From the NCBI GenBank assembly GCA_045647705.1, contig JAZRMP010000059.1, positions 301 through 64,300 on the forward strand: 64,000 bases of DNA, written 5' to 3'. Shown here one piece after another: positions 1-9,539 of the stretch. Numbering within the stretch: position 1 is the stretch's first letter; every line of letters starts with the position of its first letter. Source of the DNA: Faecousia sp. Lineage in GTDB: Bacteria; Bacillota; Clostridia; Oscillospirales; Oscillospiraceae. The position numbers and the translations under genes are program-made. Below the pieces are notes generated by a model. The model made no database searches and was not told the DNA's origin. It saw only the letters and a list, made by a program, of their open reading frames with translations.

Positions 1-78
1 CGTGAAGTGCTGCCAAAATGGGGAGTTGTGTGGCAGACGAAGGACTGGTGTCCGCGATGGGGTTTTCGCACCCGCTGA
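1..78 (+). ncRNA. THF (tetrahydrofolate) riboswitch aptamer, 5' end cut by window edge
   Basis: CGTGAAGTG..GGGAGTTG..ACGAA..GCG..CGCACCCGCTG matches the THF riboswitch core; lies upstream of folT-folC. Confidence 0.85.
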
Positions 79-176
79 CATATTGGAGAACATCCTTTAT
101 GCAAAGCGATACTCGGTCGGGTATGCAGCCTGACGGTTTTGAGCTGCTTGCCCTCGGGTGTTTTGTCCGTAACTGC

Positions 177-207
177 TCCCCCACGCTTTGGCGTGTGGGG
201 ATTTTTT
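177..207 (+). terminator. Leader intrinsic terminator (riboswitch expression platform)
   Basis: CCCCACGC-TTTG-GCGTGTGGGG hairpin followed by a T-run, upstream of RBS AAGGAGG. Confidence 0.65.
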
Positions 208-241
208 GTTTGGACAGCACCTTATTAAAGGAGGTATTCCA

Positions 242-2110
242 ATGAAAAAGAAAATCACCCACAAACAGCGTATGGCAACCCGGACCCTGGCAAGCTGCGC
301 CCTGCTAGCCGCCCTAAGCGTGGTATTGGCGCGGCTGATCGTACCCATGCCCAACGCCTTTACCAGATTTTCAATTGAAGCAGTGCCCATTTTTTTGGCA
401 GGCGTACTCTTTGGTCCCATGGCTGGTGGTCTTGTAGGCTTTACGGCAGACCTTGTAGGCTGCCTGTTCTCCGGCTTCGGCTACAATCCCTTTTTTAGTC
501 TGCCGCCCATCCTGTATGGTGTGTTTGGCGGGTTGTTCCGAAAGCAGTTAGCCAAGAAGCAGGGACTTGGGTGGATTGCCGCTGGTTTCCTGCCTCCGGT
601 AGTTCTTGGGTCCATCCTGTACCAGAGCTGCGTTTTGGCGTATTTCTACTATTATGATCCCAATGTTGCAGGCTCTATGCAACAGGGGCTTGTGTATTTC
701 TTATCAACCCGCAGCGTGCAGTTTCTGTTTACTATGATAATTGATGTAGCGATTCTGTACCTGCTGTTCCGGGTGCGGGTGTTTGAGCGGCTGAAGCTAT
801 GGCCGACTCAAAATATAAAGAAGGATATGACCATTACAAATGCTGAGCAGGCAGTGGCGTATATCCACTCTGTATTTTGGAAGGGCAGCATTCCCGGACT
901 GAGCCGTACCCAGAACCTTCTGGATTTGATGGGCAACCCCCAGAAAAAGCTGAAATTTGTCCACATTGCCGGCACCAACGGCAAGGGCTCCACCGCCGCC
1001 ATGACCGCGTCCATCCTGCGGCAGGCAGGCTACCGGGTGGGCTTATACACCTCTCCTTATATCTACCGCTTCAACGAGCGGATGCAGATCGACGGCCAGC
1101 AGATCCCCGACGACGAGCTGGTGGAGATTACTGCCTGGGTTAAGCCCCTTGCGGATTCCATGGAGGAGAGCCCAACGGAATTTGAACTTGTAACCTGCAT
1201 TGCTTTTGAGTATTTTATGCGCAATGGCTGCGACATTGTTCTGCTTGAGGTGGGCATGGGCGGTGCTTACGATTCCACCAATGTGATTGATGTGCCGGAG
1301 GTGGCAGTAATCACCAACATCGGGCTGGATCACACAGATGTGCTGGGCAGCACGGTTGAAGAGATTGCTCTGACCAAAGCAGGCATATTCAAAGAAGGCG
1401 GAAGCGCCGTGATCTACCGGGGCGTTCCTTCTGTGGAGGCCGTGTTTGAACAGGTCTGCAAGGAAAAGAATGTAGCACTGAAAAAAGCAGATTTCAGCAG
1501 TCTGCGGCTGATCTCTCACAGTCTGGAGGGACAGGTCTTTGACTGCGGCAGCCGAAAAGCTCTGGAGCTGCCTCTGCTGGGAGACCATCAGCTTCACAAT
1601 GCTTCTGTGGTCCTGTCTGTAGTGGATACCCTGATGGAAAAGGGTTGGAAAATTACAGAGGAGAACATCCGCATCGGTATGAAGACGGTGTCCTGGCCCG
1701 GCAGATTTGATATTGTGGGCCACGACCCTCTGTTTATTATTGACGGCGGCCACAACCCCCAGTGCATTGAAGCTCTGGTGAAGAACATTGAAGACTACCT
1801 GACGGACCGGAAAGTCATTGCGCTGACCGGCGTACTGGCAGATAAAGACTACGGCGATATGTATAAACCGGTGATGCCTCTGGTGCAGGAGTTTGTGTGC
1901 ATCACACCGCCCAATCCCCGGAAGCTGGACGCAGGTCTTCTGGCCCGGTATCTAATGGATGCCGGTGCCAAGGCGACTGCCTATGATACCATTACCGGCG
2001 GCGTTCTTGCTGCCATGGAAAAGGCGGGTGCCGATGGCGTGATTCTGTGCTTTGGCTCCCTGTATTCTATAGGTGCGATCAAGGAAGCACTGGACGAGGT
2101 CAAGAAATAA
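242..2110 (+). CDS. folC: Fusion of folate ECF S component (FolT) and folylpolyglutamate synthase/dihydrofolate synthase (FolC)
   Basis: N-terminal ~190 aa hydrophobic S component (ALLAALSVVL..GVLFGPMAGG..FTADLVG); then HIAGTNGKGS, GLYTSPY..FNER, LEVGMGG, WPGRF, DGGHN; one uninterrupted frame; RBS before ATG 242. Confidence 0.92.
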   Translation: MKKKITHKQRMATRTLASCALLAALSVVLARLIVPMPNAFTRFSIEAVPIFLAGVLFGPMAGGLVGFTADLVGCLFSGFGYNPFFSLPPILYGVFGGLFRKQLAKKQGLGWIAAGFLPPVVLGSILYQSCVLAYFYYYDPNVAGSMQQGLVYFLSTRSVQFLFTMIIDVAILYLLFRVRVFERLKLWPTQNIKKDMTITNAEQAVAYIHSVFWKGSIPGLSRTQNLLDLMGNPQKKLKFVHIAGTNGKGSTAAMTASILRQAGYRVGLYTSPYIYRFNERMQIDGQQIPDDELVEITAWVKPLADSMEESPTEFELVTCIAFEYFMRNGCDIVLLEVGMGGAYDSTNVIDVPEVAVITNIGLDHTDVLGSTVEEIALTKAGIFKEGGSAVIYRGVPSVEAVFEQVCKEKNVALKKADFSSLRLISHSLEGQVFDCGSRKALELPLLGDHQLHNASVVLSVVDTLMEKGWKITEENIRIGMKTVSWPGRFDIVGHDPLFIIDGGHNPQCIEALVKNIEDYLTDRKVIALTGVLADKDYGDMYKPVMPLVQEFVCITPPNPRKLDAGLLARYLMDAGAKATAYDTITGGVLAAMEKAGADGVILCFGSLYSIGAIKEALDEVKK

Positions 2111-2115
2111 GATTT

Positions 2116-2149
2116 CCCGGCACGCCGAAACCGCGTGCCGGGTTTTGTT
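2116..2149. terminator. Terminator between convergent folC and lysA
   Basis: CCCGGCACGC-loop-GCGTGCCGGG followed by TTTTGTTT. Confidence 0.7.
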
Positions 2150-3444
2150 TACATATCGTTTCGTAGCAGGTCGTCGTAACTTTCCCGTTGTACAGCCACA
2201 TAGGGACCGTCCTTGCCCACCATTACAATGGGCGGGCGGGGAACCCGATTATAGTTGGATGCCATGGAGAAATTATATGCGCCGGTGGTAAGCACCGCCA
2301 GCAAATCCCCTCGCCGTGGATGGGGCAGCAGGACGTTTTCCTGGAGCAGATCGCCGCTTTCACAGCAGCAGCCTGCTATGGTGCAGCAAAGATCTTTCCG
2401 GTCGTTCATGCGACTGGCAGGCAGAACCGTATAGGCAGCTTGGTATAAGGTATAGCGGGGGTTATCGGTCATGCCGCCGTCCACGGCTACATAATTCTTG
2501 AAGCCGGGGATTTTTTTGATGGAGGATACGGAGTACAGGGTGATACCGGCATCTGCCACAATGCTTCTGCCCGGCTCCATCAAAATCGCAGGGGGTGTCA
2601 TAGACAGACGAGCGCAAGTATCTGCAATCAGCTTTCCAATGCTGCGGATATTTTTCTCATAGTCAATGGTGGGTTGCTCTGCTGTATAGGGCACACCCAT
2701 GCCGCCGCCCAGATTCAAAACCGGAGCGCAATAGCCCAGAGCGTCCCGGATGTGTGCGGCAAATTCCAGCATAATTACTGCCGCGTCGCAAAACGGCGTG
2801 TGCTCAAAAATCTGGGAGCCGATATGGCAGTGATAGCCCCGCAGGTCGATGTTTTCCTTGGACAGCGTCAGCCGAATCAGATCTTCTGCCTGACCGGTCT
2901 CAATGGCGGCACCAAATTTGGAATCCACCTTTCCAGTGTTGATTTTTTCATGGGTGTGGGGGTCAATGCCCGGAGTTAGCCGCAGCAGCACTTTCTGCCG
3001 AATCCCCCGGCGGGCGGCTTCCGCGTTGATGGCTTCCAGTTCGTCAGCGTTGTCGCAAACAAAAAAGCCCAGACCCTTGTCCATGGCAAGACGGATGTCC
3101 CGGTCGGTCTTGCTGTTTCCATGGAAGTAGGCGTTTTCCATGGGAAAACCCGCCTGAGCGGCGGTGTACAGCTCGCCGGCGGAAACTACGTCTACCCCCA
3201 TGCCCTCCTCAGCCATAATCTGGTAGATCCGGCGGATACTTAGGGCTTTGCTGGCGTACAAAGGCATGGAGCCTGCGGGCAGGTGTGCCTTCATGGCATT
3301 TAGATAGGTACGGCACCGGCAGCGGATCGCCTGTTCGTCCATAACCATCAAGGCGGTACCGTATTGTTTGGCAAGTTCAGTGGTGTCATATCCGGCAAAC
3401 GTCAGATGACCGGCATCGTTGACACTGAGATTTTTATATAACAT
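2149..3444 (-). CDS. lysA: Diaminopimelate decarboxylase
   Basis: YASKA, FHGNSK, HCHIGSQI, NLGGG, EPGRS, CESGD, GAY..SMASNYN. Confidence 0.95.
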   Translation of the reverse strand: MLYKNLSVNDAGHLTFAGYDTTELAKQYGTALMVMDEQAIRCRCRTYLNAMKAHLPAGSMPLYASKALSIRRIYQIMAEEGMGVDVVSAGELYTAAQAGFPMENAYFHGNSKTDRDIRLAMDKGLGFFVCDNADELEAINAEAARRGIRQKVLLRLTPGIDPHTHEKINTGKVDSKFGAAIETGQAEDLIRLTLSKENIDLRGYHCHIGSQIFEHTPFCDAAVIMLEFAAHIRDALGYCAPVLNLGGGMGVPYTAEQPTIDYEKNIRSIGKLIADTCARLSMTPPAILMEPGRSIVADAGITLYSVSSIKKIPGFKNYVAVDGGMTDNPRYTLYQAAYTVLPASRMNDRKDLCCTIAGCCCESGDLLQENVLLPHPRRGDLLAVLTTGAYNFSMASNYNRVPRPPIVMVGKDGPYVAVQRESYDDLLRNDM

Positions 3445-3465
3445 AAGAATCCTCTCTCTAATCAT

Positions 3466-4449
3466 TTACAGCATGTGTGCAAGAATTTCCTCTTTCGGCA
3501 GGGGACTCAAATCGGCAGGTGCGGCATCAAAGATCGTGCGGCAGCCGGTTACGCCCCGGGCGCGCATCTTCATGGCCGCCCGAGCCAGGGCTACCAGCAC
3601 ACTGGCTGTAAATTGGGGGTTGGAATCCAGGGTCAGTTTGTATTCGATGGTCTGCCGGTTCTCGCCTTCCCAACCGGTTACACCACTGCGAATCACACTG
3701 CCTCCGTGGGGCAGACCACTGTGCTCCTGCTGCATTTGCTCCTTGGAGATAAACGCTACTGTGGTGTCATAGTCGGCAAAGTAGCCGGGCATGGTTTTAA
3801 TGGTTTGCTCAATGGCGGTCTTGTCCGCGCCTTCCTCTGCCACCACATAGCAATAACGGGTGTGCTTTTGTCGGGTGATCAGTTCCGGATCTTCTCCTGC
3901 ACGAACCCGTTCCATTGCTTCGGGGACGGGGATGGTATACTGCCGACAGTCCAACACGCCGGGGATTCGGCGTACCGCGTCGGAGTGGCCCTGGCTCACA
4001 CCTTTGCCCCAGAAGGTATAGTCTTTTCCCTGGGGCAAAATGGCGGAGGCGTAGAGCCGGTTTACAGAAAACAGACCCGGGTCCCAGCCTACGGAGATAA
4101 AGGCAATATTTCCACCCTCTGTTGCTGCTGTATCCACCTTTGCATAATGCTCGGGGATATGGGAGTGATTATCAAAGCTGTCAACAACATTAAAATTCCG
4201 TGCAAAAGCCGGGGTCATTTCCGGCAGATCTGTGGCACTGCCGCCGCAGAGAATCATCACATCAATCTTATCCTTCCAGGATGCTGTATCCTTTATGGAC
4301 AGCACCGGCACCCCCGGAGTCCGGATTTGCACAGAGGAAGGGTCCCGGCGGGTAAATACCGCCGCCAGAGACATGTCCGGGTTCTGACAGATGGCACACT
4401 CCACACCTTTTGCCAGATTGCCGTAGCCTACAATCCCGATTCGGATCAT
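3466..4449 (-). CDS. ddh: meso-diaminopimelate dehydrogenase
   Basis: IGIVGYGNL, CGGSATDLP, GWDPGLFS, TFWGKGVSQGHSDA, HGG. Confidence 0.95.
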   Translation of the reverse strand: MIRIGIVGYGNLAKGVECAICQNPDMSLAAVFTRRDPSSVQIRTPGVPVLSIKDTASWKDKIDVMILCGGSATDLPEMTPAFARNFNVVDSFDNHSHIPEHYAKVDTAATEGGNIAFISVGWDPGLFSVNRLYASAILPQGKDYTFWGKGVSQGHSDAVRRIPGVLDCRQYTIPVPEAMERVRAGEDPELITRQKHTRYCYVVAEEGADKTAIEQTIKTMPGYFADYDTTVAFISKEQMQQEHSGLPHGGSVIRSGVTGWEGENRQTIEYKLTLDSNPQFTASVLVALARAAMKMRARGVTGCRTIFDAAPADLSPLPKEEILAHML

Positions 4450-4450
4450 A

Positions 4451-5341
4451 TTACACCTCCAAGCCCACTTGGCGCATACAGGCAAGGAGCTTTTGACGGT
4501 TTTCCTCCTCCATAGGGGTCAGAGGCAGCCGAAGCACCTCCTGACAGAAACCCATAGCTGTCAGGGCGGACTTGACGGGAATGGGGTTGACTTCGCAGAA
4601 CAGGGCATTCGTCAGTGCCAGATACTTCTTCTGCATTTCCATGGCACCTGCCACATCTCCATCAAAGAACCGGTGGCATATCTGGGAGGTCTGGGCGGGT
4701 ACCAGATTGGACAGGACGGAGATTACACCCTTGCCGCCGCAGGCCAGAACAGGAACGATTTGGTCATCGTTGCCGGAGTAGATGTCCAGCTTGCCGGATA
4801 CCAGAGCGGATGCCTCCACGATTTTGGAAATGTTGCCGTTCGCCTCCTTGATGGCGGCAATGTTCGGATGGTCAGCCAGTGCCGCATAGGTGGCAGGCTC
4901 AATATTCACGGCGGTGCGGCTGGGAACATTGTACAGGATCAACGGTTTGGTAGAAGCGTCGGCGATCGCTGTAAAATGGGCAATCAAGCCCTTCTGGGTA
5001 GCTTTGTTATAGTAGGGGGTAACGGACAAAATGGCGTCATAACCAATTTCGCAGGCGTGGCGGGTGAGCTCGACGGCGTAAGCAGTGTCATTCGAGCCGG
5101 TACCGGCGATCATAGGCACTCTGCCTGCGGCGGTTCGGATGGCAAACTCCAGCACCTCTTTGTGTTCCGCATCGGACAGGGTAGAACCTTCGCCTGTAGT
5201 ACCACAGATCACCAGTGCGTCAATGCCTTGGTCGATCTGCCAGTTAATGAGTTTCCCAAACGCAGGATAGTCTACCCCGGTGGCGGTCATGGGGGTGATC
5301 ATAGCAGTAGCTGCACCTTGGAAAATGGTGGTTTTTGTCAT
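4451..5341 (-). CDS. dapA: 4-hydroxy-tetrahydrodipicolinate synthase
   Basis: GTTGE, PYYNK, LYNVPSRT, IKEA, YSGND; RBS AAGGAG. Confidence 0.95.
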   Translation of the reverse strand: MTKTTIFQGAATAMITPMTATGVDYPAFGKLINWQIDQGIDALVICGTTGEGSTLSDAEHKEVLEFAIRTAAGRVPMIAGTGSNDTAYAVELTRHACEIGYDAILSVTPYYNKATQKGLIAHFTAIADASTKPLILYNVPSRTAVNIEPATYAALADHPNIAAIKEANGNISKIVEASALVSGKLDIYSGNDDQIVPVLACGGKGVISVLSNLVPAQTSQICHRFFDGDVAGAMEMQKKYLALTNALFCEVNPIPVKSALTAMGFCQEVLRLPLTPMEEENRQKLLACMRQVGLEV

Positions 5342-5361
5342 AATATAATCTCCTTTAAAAC

Positions 5362-5393
5362 AAAAAATAACCGATGAACACAAACATCGGCTA
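5362..5393 (-). terminator. Leader terminator of the lysine riboswitch
   Basis: Minus strand TAGCCGATG-loop-CATCGGTTA followed by TTTTTT, just upstream of the dapA RBS. Confidence 0.6.
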
Positions 5394-5439
5394 TCAAGGA
5401 TCATCGGAACACCCAATTTACAGGGTGTCCGGATGAAAG

Positions 5440-5600
5440 ATGATAGCACTCCGCTGCTGCGACAGTCAGGAAGATATTGTTCTCCCTGCCCAGGCAAGCC
5501 TTACGCCTCGGCTCCCTTCGGCGTCCATCCCTTTCCCGCCGGCACAACCCTGCGAAGGTCTCCCGACGACGGTACTGATGATGCAACGCACCTCTATCAT
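5440..5600 (-). ncRNA. Lysine riboswitch (L-box)
   Basis: Minus strand ATGATAGAGGTGCG..AGTA..GAAAGG..GCCGAA..TGGG..AATA..ACTGTC..GGAGTGCTATCAT with P1 ATGATAG/CTATCAT; upstream of dapA-ddh-lysA. Confidence 0.93.
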
Positions 5601-5718
5601 TTTTTATACGGTTATAAATAACTTACCACAAACAGGTGGTTTATGTCAAGTGGTTGATTGACAAATGAGGGATAATGCAGTATACTACTAACTGACTACA
5701 AAAATAGGAGCACATAAA

Positions 5719-7158
5719 ATGGAAACAAAACTGAACAGAAAATACGGTTTGTTCACCGCGATTTGTTTGATCGTGGGAACGGTAGTGGGTTCCGGTGTCT
5801 TTTTTAAGGCACAGAACATCCTCAATGTTACCGGCGGCAATCTGAGCCTTGGCGTTTTGTCTTGGCTACTGGGCGGTGCCTGTATGATCTTCTGTATTCT
5901 GGCTTTCTCCGTAATGGCGCAGAAGTATGAGAAGGTAAACGGGCTGGTGGACTATGCAGAAGCGGCAGTAGGTCCCCGGTTTGCCTATTTCATGGGCTGG
6001 TTCTCCGCAACCATTTACCTGCCTGCCATGACCAGTGTGTTGGCTTGGGTTTCTGCCCGTTACACTTTGGAATTTATTACTGCCGTCTGGCCGGGCTTCC
6101 CCTTGCTGATTCCCGTGGAACAGGGTGGCTGTGTTGTTGGACCTGAGTGTATGGCACTGACTCTGTTTTATCTGGTTATGTCCTATGCTGTCAACACCCT
6201 GAGCCCCAAGATAGCCGGTAAGTTCCAGACATCTACCACGGTTATCAAATTCATTCCTCTGACCCTGATGGCTGTAGTTGGCATCATTGTTGGTTTGGTC
6301 AGCCCCTCCCAGCAGTTGGTAGAGAATTTCCGGGTGTTGGGTGCCGCAGAAAACGGCGGCGGCGGTGCTGCGCTGCTTACCGCAGTGTGTGCCACTGCTT
6401 TTGCTTATGAGGGTTGGATTGTTACCACCTCCATCAATGCCGAGTTGAAGGATTCCAAGAAGAATTTGCCCAAGGCACTGATTATCGGCGGTGTAATTAT
6501 CATTTCTATTTACATTCTGTACTATCTGGGCGTTGCCGGCGGGGCTTCTGTAGAAAGCCTGATGGCAAACGGCGCACCTACTGCTTTCGTTAACGTCTTT
6601 GGCAAGCTGGGCAATATTCTGACGCTGTTTGTTGCTATCTCTTGTCTGGGCACACTGAATGGCTTGATGATGGGCGTAACCCGTGGCATGTATGCGCTGG
6701 CTGTCCGTAAGCAGGGCCCTCAGCCCAAGCTGTTTAGCCAGGTGGATCCCCAGTCCAATATGACCACCAACTCTGCTGTTGCAGGTTTGTTGGTTTGCGC
6801 TGCATGGGGCTTGTACTTCTATGTAACCCAGTTGTTTGGCACCTTTGGTGGATTCTCCATCATGAAGGGCACTGCTCTGGAGCACGTTCCCTTTGTGTTT
6901 GATTCCTCTGAGATTCCTATCATCACTATGTACGCGATGTACCTGCCGATCTTTATCTGCTGGATGAAGAGAGAGAAGGATGAATCCTTTATGCGGCGGT
7001 TCCTGCTGCCTGGCCTGGCAATGTGCAGCAGTGTATTTATGGTTTATGCCTGTGCAATGAGCCATAAGATGGGCTGTGTATGGTATCTGATCGTGTTTGC
7101 TGTAGTTATGGTTGTTGGAGGCCTCATGAACAGAACCCGGGCGAAAATCGAAAACTGA
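5719..7158 (+). CDS. APC-family amino acid permease (possibly lysine/basic amino acid)
   Basis: GTVVGSGVFF, AFAYEGW, ~12 TM segments; promoter TTGACA-17-TATACT upstream; divergent from the lysine operon. Confidence 0.88.
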   Translation: METKLNRKYGLFTAICLIVGTVVGSGVFFKAQNILNVTGGNLSLGVLSWLLGGACMIFCILAFSVMAQKYEKVNGLVDYAEAAVGPRFAYFMGWFSATIYLPAMTSVLAWVSARYTLEFITAVWPGFPLLIPVEQGGCVVGPECMALTLFYLVMSYAVNTLSPKIAGKFQTSTTVIKFIPLTLMAVVGIIVGLVSPSQQLVENFRVLGAAENGGGGAALLTAVCATAFAYEGWIVTTSINAELKDSKKNLPKALIIGGVIIISIYILYYLGVAGGASVESLMANGAPTAFVNVFGKLGNILTLFVAISCLGTLNGLMMGVTRGMYALAVRKQGPQPKLFSQVDPQSNMTTNSAVAGLLVCAAWGLYFYVTQLFGTFGGFSIMKGTALEHVPFVFDSSEIPIITMYAMYLPIFICWMKREKDESFMRRFLLPGLAMCSSVFMVYACAMSHKMGCVWYLIVFAVVMVVGGLMNRTRAKIEN

Positions 7159-7210
7159 TAAAAAAAGGGGGATACGTTGTGGCACCCTCCGTAAGGAAGG
7201 TGCCACAGTT
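7155..7210 (+). repeat. Outer left inverted arm (hairpin TGTGGCACC-CTCCGTAAGGAA-GGTGCCACA)
   Basis: Reverse-complement match to 10707-10762. Confidence 0.85.
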
Positions 7211-7383
7211 ATATTCGCGGGCGGCGAGTGATATTGCTTCGCAGTTATATTTGGGCTATGCCCAAGTTATATTCGCTTGGCGAGTTTTGAAGGCGAATAT
7301 AATATCACTGAAACGGCAAGTTTCAATATCACTTTGCGTGATAACGCAAAATATCACTGTGAGACCTGTCTCGCAATATCACT
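7207..7383. repeat. Structured repeat: 4x AGT(T/G)ATATT then 4x AATATCACT, separated by short hairpins
   Basis: Units at 7207, 7227, 7243, 7265 and 7301, 7325, 7350, 7375. Confidence 0.85.
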
Positions 7384-7445
7384 TAATATTCTTGTTTTTG
7401 AGATAGGTTAATTTAAAAATACGTACTCCCGTTACGCACATTTTG

Positions 7446-7546
7446 AAAGTGCGTAACCCACTATGACACTTTCAAATAGAAAGTGTCAATTTTTATATAA
7501 AAAATGAATAAGGGAGAACACTTCTTTACGAAGTGTCTCCCTTTCG
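7446..7546 (+). repeat. Inner left inverted arm (TGACACTTTC/GAAAGTGTCA, TTTTATATAAAA and GGAGA..CTTC/GAAGTGTCTCC modules)
   Basis: Reverse-complement match to 10603-10700. Confidence 0.85.
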
Positions 7547-7622
7547 AAGTGCTTTATTTTTATCCAATCCGAAGGATTGGTATGTAATCTCGCGAGAGCG
7601 AGTGTGTAATCCGTTTGCGATT

Positions 7623-8620
7623 TCCAACCGCTTTTATTTCACCGGTTTCCGTTCTTCTGCAGGAATGCTTTTAATTGCCAATCAATATGCTCAATTTTTA
7701 ATTGATTTCCGTTATTTTGAAAGAGCCCAAAAAAAGATCAAGCATTGCGATGTCTTTATGCTAACAAGCGCAAAAGAGCAAATGCAAAAATTTGCAAACG
7801 ACCAAAAAATTCAGCGGATGTTCGTTGAAACCGATTCCATGACCCTTGCAAACGCCAATCTTTATGCTTCTTATCTGCCGGAGGTTGAACTTTCTTTTGA
7901 TCCGGCCTTAAATCGCTATATCAAGAAAATGCGTAGCATCAAATCGATAGACGAAATCGAGAATATTCGCAAAGCCCAAAAAATTGCTGATGATACTTTT
8001 CCTATATTATAAATCGCATAAAACCCGGCATGACCGAAAGAGAAATTATGCTCGATATGGAATTCTATCTTCGGAAACAGGGGAGCGAAGGTGTTTCCTT
8101 TAATTTTATTATATTATCCGGAAAAAACTCATCATCACCTCACGGATCGCCTTCTGATAAAATCGTCGAGACCGGTGATTTTATAATCATGGATTTTGGT
8201 GCGGTAATCAACGGCTACTGCTCCGATATGACCAGAACGATTGCGGTAGGGGAGGTTAGCGAGAAGCAACGCTTAGTATATGAGACTGTCTTAAAAGCGC
8301 AAAATGCGGCGATTGAAGCTACCGCGCCGCAAAAGATTTGCAAAGATATCGACCATATATCCCGCGATATCATCAATAAAGCAGGCTTTGAAGGATGTTT
8401 CGGTCATGGGTTAGGCCATAGCATCGGCTTGGAAGTTCATGAATCTCCAAGCTTCAATCGAGTTGATGAAAGTCCGTTATTACCCGGCATGGTCATCACT
8501 GTTGAACCCGGTATTTATCTGGAAGGGGAGTTTGGCGTTCGGATCGAGGATATGATCGTTATTACCGAAAACGGTTGCGAGAATCTGACTAAAAGCCCCA
8601 AAGAGCTTATTATTGTTTGA
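7623..8620 (+). pseudogene. Xaa-Pro aminopeptidase (M24B), 5'-truncated and frameshifted
   Basis: NRFYFTGF..RSIKS..E in ORF 7533-8012; SPHG, DFGA..GYCSDMTRT, GHGLGHSIGLEVHE, TVEPGIY..GVRIED in ORF 8030-8620; adding one T to the T4 run at 7997-8000 joins the frames; no credible start or RBS. Confidence 0.8.
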
Positions 8621-8651
8621 AAATGAAAGAGCCTTCAGGCTCTTTCATTTT
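8620..8651. terminator. Bidirectional terminator
   Basis: AAAATGAAAGAGCC-TTCA-GGCTCTTTCATTTT. Confidence 0.75.
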
Positions 8652-9433
8652 CGGTATTGCAAAGGACTCTGCCCCATTTCTTTTTTAAAAACGCGGGAGA
8701 AATTCCCGGCATCCAGCCCCACGGCTACGGCAACCTCGGCGACACTGTGAGCAGGGTCGTTAAGTAACGCCGCCGCTTTTTGTACCCGAAGCTTGGTTAA
8801 ATAATGGTGAGGACCAAGTCCTGTTTTTTCTTTAAAAATAGTAGAGAAATATCCCCTCTCAAGGCCGACTTCCCCTGCGATCTCGGATACGGAAAGAGGC
8901 TCGTGATAACGCGTTTCCATCAATCCCAAAGCTTTCCCAAGCCAGGCTTCTTCCGCCGGGCCGGATGCAGTAGCGGAAAGAATTGTGCCTAAAAATTCAT
9001 AGACACAAGCGGTCAGAAGAAGCGGCGTACCCGCAGAATCGGAACGCCAAAGCTCCGTCATTCGCCGCAACTGCCCTGCCAATTTTTCATAAAGCTCAGA
9101 GGGAGCGAAAGGCTGATCGGAAGAAATGCCGCTTTTGGAGAAATACCGCCCGAGAGCAACGCCGTCAACGGCGCACCAGAAACCGCGGCGAGGATCTTCC
9201 TCGGAAGCTTTGTGGATCACAGAATCACCCGGCAAAAGCACGTAGCAAGAACGGGGCGTGATGGGAAACTCCTTGCCGTTAATGATTACGGAGCCAAAGC
9301 CTGCCTCGCAACACTCAATAATATATATATCCCGTACCACAGGGCCGTAACAAGCGCCGGGAGCAAGATTCTTTTCTTCCTCACAATACAAAACGGAAAG
9401 ATCTTCCGTTTTTTTCTCTTTTCTGATCTTCAT
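8645..9433 (-). CDS. AraC-family transcriptional regulator
   Basis: N-terminal cupin-like GPVVRDIY; C-terminal double HTH (IAGEVGLERGYFS..FSRVFKKEMGQSPLQYRK); start approximate. Confidence 0.9.
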   Translation of the reverse strand: MKIRKEKKTEDLSVLYCEEEKNLAPGACYGPVVRDIYIIECCEAGFGSVIINGKEFPITPRSCYVLLPGDSVIHKASEEDPRRGFWCAVDGVALGRYFSKSGISSDQPFAPSELYEKLAGQLRRMTELWRSDSAGTPLLLTACVYEFLGTILSATASGPAEEAWLGKALGLMETRYHEPLSVSEIAGEVGLERGYFSTIFKEKTGLGPHHYLTKLRVQKAAALLNDPAHSVAEVAVAVGLDAGNFSRVFKKEMGQSPLQYRK

Positions 9434-9539
9434 GGTCACCATCCAACAAATTGAAGAAAAATACAAACAAATCATCCTTGTTTTTTTCCAATATTCTGTT
9501 ACTATTATGCCATAAAATTCCGAAAGGAGCAAGTGTTTT

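Noticed and set aside
5601-5718. Lysine riboswitch control of the APC permease
   Set aside because: The aptamer is on the minus strand; the permease leader is too short for a switch
7207-7383. CRISPR-like array
   Set aside because: Repeats are only 9 bp, change orientation mid-array, spacers are short palindromes and no cas genes are present
7431-7500. attC or dif-like recombination site
   Set aside because: Palindromes do not fit attC R/L box spacing or a recognisable XerC/D 11-6-11 consensus; kept only as part of the inverted arm
7997-8012. Programmed frameshift in pepP
   Set aside because: No slippery heptamer or stimulator, and the gene also lacks its 5' end
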